A stretch of 20,000 nucleotides of DNA, from the IMG/VR virus record IMGVR_UViG_3300044626_000606; one strand, written 5' to 3'. The translations under genes were made by a program, and so were the position numbers. The DNA comes from an uncultured virus (IMG/VR IMGVR_UViG_3300044626_000606) (Duplodnaviria; Heunggongvirae; Uroviricota; Caudoviricetes). A model generated the notes under the pieces. It saw only the letters and a program-made list of their open reading frames with translations, was not told where the DNA came from and did no database searches. Of this stretch, positions 16,381 to 20,000 are shown piece after piece. Positions within the stretch are counted from its first letter, which is position 1; the number at the start of each line of letters is the position of its first letter.

Positions 16381-16668
16381 TTAGTCCTCTTTCTTTGCGT
16401 CCGACCAAGGTTCGGGAAGCGGTTGATTTTGACGTTTGATTTCCTTTAGAGCCTCAATGTTTCGCAGAGCGTCAAAGTACCCTTCACGACGTGCGTTCAT
16501 CAAGGCGTTAAACTGCACGGCATCTGTGCCAGTCGGGACTTGCATTTGAGTCGGCCACGCAATGTCGCGCAACACGGCAAACCCGGCTTTTAAGGCTTGG
16601 TTGGTTTCCCAAAGTTGTTTCCATTCTAGTTGAAGATCTTCCCGCCTTGCCCAATCAGTTATTTTCAT
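16381..16668 (-). CDS. Small helical head-module protein following the portal (95 aa)
   Basis: Position between portal and scaffold; the 'ARREG...AL..IEAL' pattern is typical of small post-portal proteins in podoviruses. Confidence 0.65.
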   Translation of the reverse strand: MKITDWARREDLQLEWKQLWETNQALKAGFAVLRDIAWPTQMQVPTGTDAVQFNALMNARREGYFDALRNIEALKEIKRQNQPLPEPWSDAKKED

Positions 16669-16678
16669 ATGACCGCAG

Positions 16679-16707
16679 ACTTTATTGAGTCAGCGTCAAC
16701 TAAGCAA
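16679..16707 (-). promoter_or_regulatory. Possible promoter TTGCTT-N17-TAAAGT, 10 nt before the ATG of the 95-aa gene
   Basis: Direct reading of the minus strand across the portal stop codon. Confidence 0.3.
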
Positions 16708-18892
16708 GTCTTTTTTGCGTTATTTTTTGGGCGGCTTCGGCGTCCCGAATAGCCATCTTTTGTTCAGCTTCGGCGGCTCGAAGCTGTTGGTCGAGTTGAG
16801 CTTGCTGGAGTCTGATCTGGGAATTGACTTGGGCTTCCCGCAATTTGGAGGCGGTCTTAGGGTCGAGATCCATACCTGCGGTCTGGGGGTTGCGCTGGGC
16901 TTCGGCGGCCATCTGTTTTCCAATATTCTCCACGGCTTCCCGCACAAGATTGAGAACTTGCATAGCGGCGGCCACTTCCTGTTTCCGAGTCGGGTCGGAA
17001 GCAAGGGCTTCGACATGCGCCATCGAATGGGGGTACTGCAACTGGAGGTAGGCGAGGGCAACCCGAGGCTCGACTTGGTTCTGTTGCAGAGCCTGCAGGA
17101 ACCGACCAGCGTCTTCGAGGTGGATGCGAGCGTGAACAGCATGGTTCTCGCCGGGATTGACGCTAACTCCACGGCCACTCTGCATCGCATTGTTCTCGAG
17201 CTCGGCGATCTTGGCGTCGACTGGGACACGCTCAATCTCGGCCTTCGGGAGGTAGCGGTCGACCTGGTCGTAACCGACACGAGCGGCCACACGATCACGG
17301 ATAAGGTTACGCTGTCCGACCTCGTCGAAGCGTGGGAGGATCTGGAGAAACTCATTGAAGGCGAGCATTCGGGCACCGGCACTTCCAGCACCAATGGCTC
17401 GAACTGCGTTGACCCGATACACTTTCTGGACGGCGTCCCACGGAACGCCACGAGCCATCACACGCTTTTTGAAGTCGACGGCGGCTTTGCCACCAGGTTC
17501 GTCGGCTCGGTAGTTGACGTTAGCCAAACGGCGAAACTGCTCGGCCAATAGTTTCTGCCAAGGAGTATAGTAAAGATTCATCGCCTGCGTCCCAAGAATG
17601 GACTGCTGGGCAAGTTGGGCTTGGACTTCGGTGGCGGTTCTGGCGTCACCTTCGGGCATCAACTGACGCTGGTTATAAGTGCCGGTGTTGTTCTGGCGAA
17701 CCATCTCCAAGTCACGAACAATCGGGAGAACATTGCCAGCGAGATTGGGAACGGCACGATCGACCACATTGATGCCAGGAGGCAGAATGGAAAGCGGACC
17801 GTTGTACATCAAGGTCAGATTGCTGACATCCTCTCCAGTTCCTGGCTGGATCATCAAGGCGGAGGAAAGCATCGCCCCGTCGACAACGGCGTTACGGAGG
17901 CGGTTGGAAAGCTGGATAAACGGAAAGAGTTTGTAACCAAGACCACGAATGGAGTGGAGCGTGCCGTTGGTTCCGATCCCATAGCTGAACAAGGTGAAGG
18001 CCTCGTTGGCGTGTTTGAAGCGGCTGGGCTTTTTAAATAGGAAGTCTGTCTCGTCACCAGCCCGAGTCCCGATGTAATGGGAAATGGAGCCGTCAAACTC
18101 CTGGACAAAGTAGTGAACACAACGGACAACTTTGCTACGGGCGTGGGAGTAAATAAGGTCGTTGTTCTTCAACTCTTCCTGCAGACGCTCCCAGTCCCGA
18201 TCGGTGGCTCTGGCAATCTCGGTGGAGAGCATAATGGCCTTGCGGGTGACTTCAACGTTCCAGCCCAGTTCGGCGGCGACTTTGGGGTTCTCGATATACT
18301 TGAAAAGCTCGCCTACTAGGAAATTCCGCTCAATCGTCATTACCTCAAACTTCGTGTCGGAAGCGGGTGTGCCACGGGGAACTTTGAAATCCCGCATACC
18401 GCAGACATTCCACTGCCAGTTGCGGTTGTCTTCGAAGAAGGACAGCCCCACGCCGTAGGCCACGAACTGATGGGCGAGCATCTGCTGTTTGTAGAAGAAC
18501 TCGTCCCAATCGGTGATCGTGCGGTGGAACTCCTCGGCAATGATGTTTTCCCACTCCACCCTTTGCGAGGCGTCGCCAAAAGAGGTTTTGACTGTGGCTA
18601 GTTTGTCAACGGAATTGACCAGATCGGAGTAGGCGGAAAGCGAGGTCTCAAGAGCCGCGGCCGCCTCTCCGAAGTTAAGGTTAGCCCGATATCCTTGACC
18701 GAGGGCTTTGAGTTGCTGGGAGGAGTAGGGTGGCTCGCCGTCGAGCATTGACTGGACTTTCTGGCGATCAATGGAAGAAGCGTCGTCAGACTGACGCATA
18801 GCCATGTAAATGGCATGAGCCGACTTTACATCTTTGATTCTTGTCCGTGGCGGTTTGCCGGACTCTGAAAGTGATTCGAGTTCGATTGACAC
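16700..18892 (-). CDS. Portal protein with long helical C-terminal extension (730 aa)
   Basis: Directly after the terminase; podovirus portal-type motifs 'RGLG.KL', 'NRLRNAVVDG' and 'ARTATEVQ'; Gln/Ala-rich coiled-coil tail. Confidence 0.85.
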   Translation of the reverse strand: MSIELESLSESGKPPRTRIKDVKSAHAIYMAMRQSDDASSIDRQKVQSMLDGEPPYSSQQLKALGQGYRANLNFGEAAAALETSLSAYSDLVNSVDKLATVKTSFGDASQRVEWENIIAEEFHRTITDWDEFFYKQQMLAHQFVAYGVGLSFFEDNRNWQWNVCGMRDFKVPRGTPASDTKFEVMTIERNFLVGELFKYIENPKVAAELGWNVEVTRKAIMLSTEIARATDRDWERLQEELKNNDLIYSHARSKVVRCVHYFVQEFDGSISHYIGTRAGDETDFLFKKPSRFKHANEAFTLFSYGIGTNGTLHSIRGLGYKLFPFIQLSNRLRNAVVDGAMLSSALMIQPGTGEDVSNLTLMYNGPLSILPPGINVVDRAVPNLAGNVLPIVRDLEMVRQNNTGTYNQRQLMPEGDARTATEVQAQLAQQSILGTQAMNLYYTPWQKLLAEQFRRLANVNYRADEPGGKAAVDFKKRVMARGVPWDAVQKVYRVNAVRAIGAGSAGARMLAFNEFLQILPRFDEVGQRNLIRDRVAARVGYDQVDRYLPKAEIERVPVDAKIAELENNAMQSGRGVSVNPGENHAVHARIHLEDAGRFLQALQQNQVEPRVALAYLQLQYPHSMAHVEALASDPTRKQEVAAAMQVLNLVREAVENIGKQMAAEAQRNPQTAGMDLDPKTASKLREAQVNSQIRLQQAQLDQQLRAAEAEQKMAIRDAEAAQKITQKRLA

Positions 18893-18901
18893 GTGTCCCT
18901 T

Positions 18902-18928
18902 ACTCTAACACCGAATATTGTTAGTCAA
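18902..18928 (-). promoter_or_regulatory. Candidate promoter for the portal gene: TTGACT-N15-TAGAGT with extended -10 TG
   Basis: Minus strand ttgactaacaatattcggtgttagagt, 9 nt before the portal GTG; shares a motif with the capsid promoter. Confidence 0.55.
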
Positions 18929-20000
18929 GAGACACCTAGGACTTGTCGGTCGTCCAAGGAACTGACATCCAGCTTCCTAGCCATCTTGAGCCAATCCTTG
19001 CCACGCTCGCCAGCCCTTCTTCCACCAGCCACGGCTCCCAGCCTCTGACGGCAGAGATCGAGCAAGAGGAGGGCGGCATCTGCCAAGTCGGGCGATTTGC
19101 CCATTCTGGACTTCATATCCCGCTTGGGCTCCACCACCAGACGACCTCCAGATAGAGTGCTGTACTTCCTAGCGCACAACTCACGAGCCAGTTCTGGGGT
19201 AATGCCACGGATCTGGTTCCCACGCAGATACTCCACCCCGACATACCAAAGCTCCGTGACCCTATTGGCAAACTTCTCGTTGGCCTTGACGGGTGACATC
19301 ACGCTGATGGGGAGTTCGGTCGGCTTTTCCCCGAACTTGACCCGAAGCACCTTAGAACTCCAGGTCTCGCTCAAGATGTCGCAGAACGGATCGCCTGCGC
19401 CCGTGGCGTCAACTGCCAGATGTTCTGGACGGACCCCCTCCTTCTCGCAGATCTCCCGAACCTGTCTGGCAATTTGGAAGTTCCGAGGCTCGTTGGCTTT
19501 GGTGGCGTCCTCACGGATCACATAAGCTTTGTTGAAGGAGACAGTCGGGAGATCAAGACTGCTCCTGCCAAAGGCACCGACATAGAGGACGGAGCGGTCT
19601 CCTCCGTTTGTGAAGGCAGGATCAAACCCGGCCACCTTGATCGGTTGGGTTTGCCAAAGAGGTAAGGCTTCTCCATCGAACTTTCGGATATCGGCTTCCG
19701 AGTAGATGTTTTGTTCGGCACCAACGGGAGCGGGAAAAGATCGGATAAATCGCCAGTAAGAGAGCGAATTTTCTCCTTGATACTCCTTGGCCTCACGAAG
19801 CTGGCGGGATGTCAAAAGGAACGGCCATTGATCGTCGGCGTCCAGATTGGGTGTCTTCTCGCCGTCGAGATGGATGCAATATCCACGGGAAGTTTCCCAC
19901 CCGTCCAACTCGGCATTGACGCTGTTCCAGGTGTTCTTGGGCGTGATGAATTGGCCGAACGGATCGTAGGACGAAGCAAAGTTCCCAAGGGCGATGCACT
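18925..20000 (-). CDS. terL: Terminase large subunit, C-terminal part (5' end outside the window)
   Basis: Frame is open to the right edge (CIALGNFASSYDPFG..., motif III-like 'LGN'). RNase H-like nuclease motifs 'GFDPA...GGD', 'AVDATGAG' and 'SPDLADA'. Confidence 0.9.
   Translation of the reverse strand, partial: CIALGNFASSYDPFGQFITPKNTWNSVNAELDGWETSRGYCIHLDGEKTPNLDADDQWPFLLTSRQLREAKEYQGENSLSYWRFIRSFPAPVGAEQNIYSEADIRKFDGEALPLWQTQPIKVAGFDPAFTNGGDRSVLYVGAFGRSSLDLPTVSFNKAYVIREDATKANEPRNFQIARQVREICEKEGVRPEHLAVDATGAGDPFCDILSETWSSKVLRVKFGEKPTELPISVMSPVKANEKFANRVTELWYVGVEYLRGNQIRGITPELARELCARKYSTLSGGRLVVEPKRDMKSRMGKSPDLADAALLLLDLCRQRLGAVAGGRRAGERGKDWLKMARKLDVSSLDDRQVLGVS

Noticed and set aside
15247..17551. 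375-aa and 288-aa plus-strand ORFs
   Set aside because: Antisense to scaffold and portal; composition typical of reverse-complement frames.
1..20000. Stop-codon reassignment, CRISPR arrays, tRNAs, introns or inteins
   Set aside because: TAA, TAG and TGA all end well-packed genes; no spaced direct repeats or cloverleafs seen; core genes are uninterrupted and of plausible length.

Overview
Late (morphogenesis and lysis) region of a tailed dsDNA bacteriophage or prophage, probably with a short podovirus-like tail. All supported genes lie on the minus strand and are tightly packed. In transcription order (right to left): large terminase (5'-truncated), portal, 95-aa protein, scaffold, 120-aa and 602-aa fibre-like proteins, a four-gene glycan-modification cassette (three GT-A-type glycosyltransferases and a FkbM-type methyltransferase), a ~180-nt structured leader, major capsid protein, a strong hairpin, two small hypothetical proteins, a lysis cassette (holin-like, unimolecular spanin-like lipoprotein, second holin-like, signal-peptide CHAP endolysin), a free-standing PD-(D/E)XK endonuclease, a tail tubular/stabilisation protein, a 55-aa ORF, an RCC1-repeat fibre, a 152-aa fibre-type protein and a 3'-truncated protein with two tandem adaptor-like repeats. 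The standout feature is the ~5-kb, largely lower-GC block (fibres plus glycosyltransferases/methyltransferase) between scaffold and capsid genes, suggesting a phage-encoded virion glycosylation and glycan methylation system. All functional calls come from motif recognition and synteny by eye; no database searches were run.
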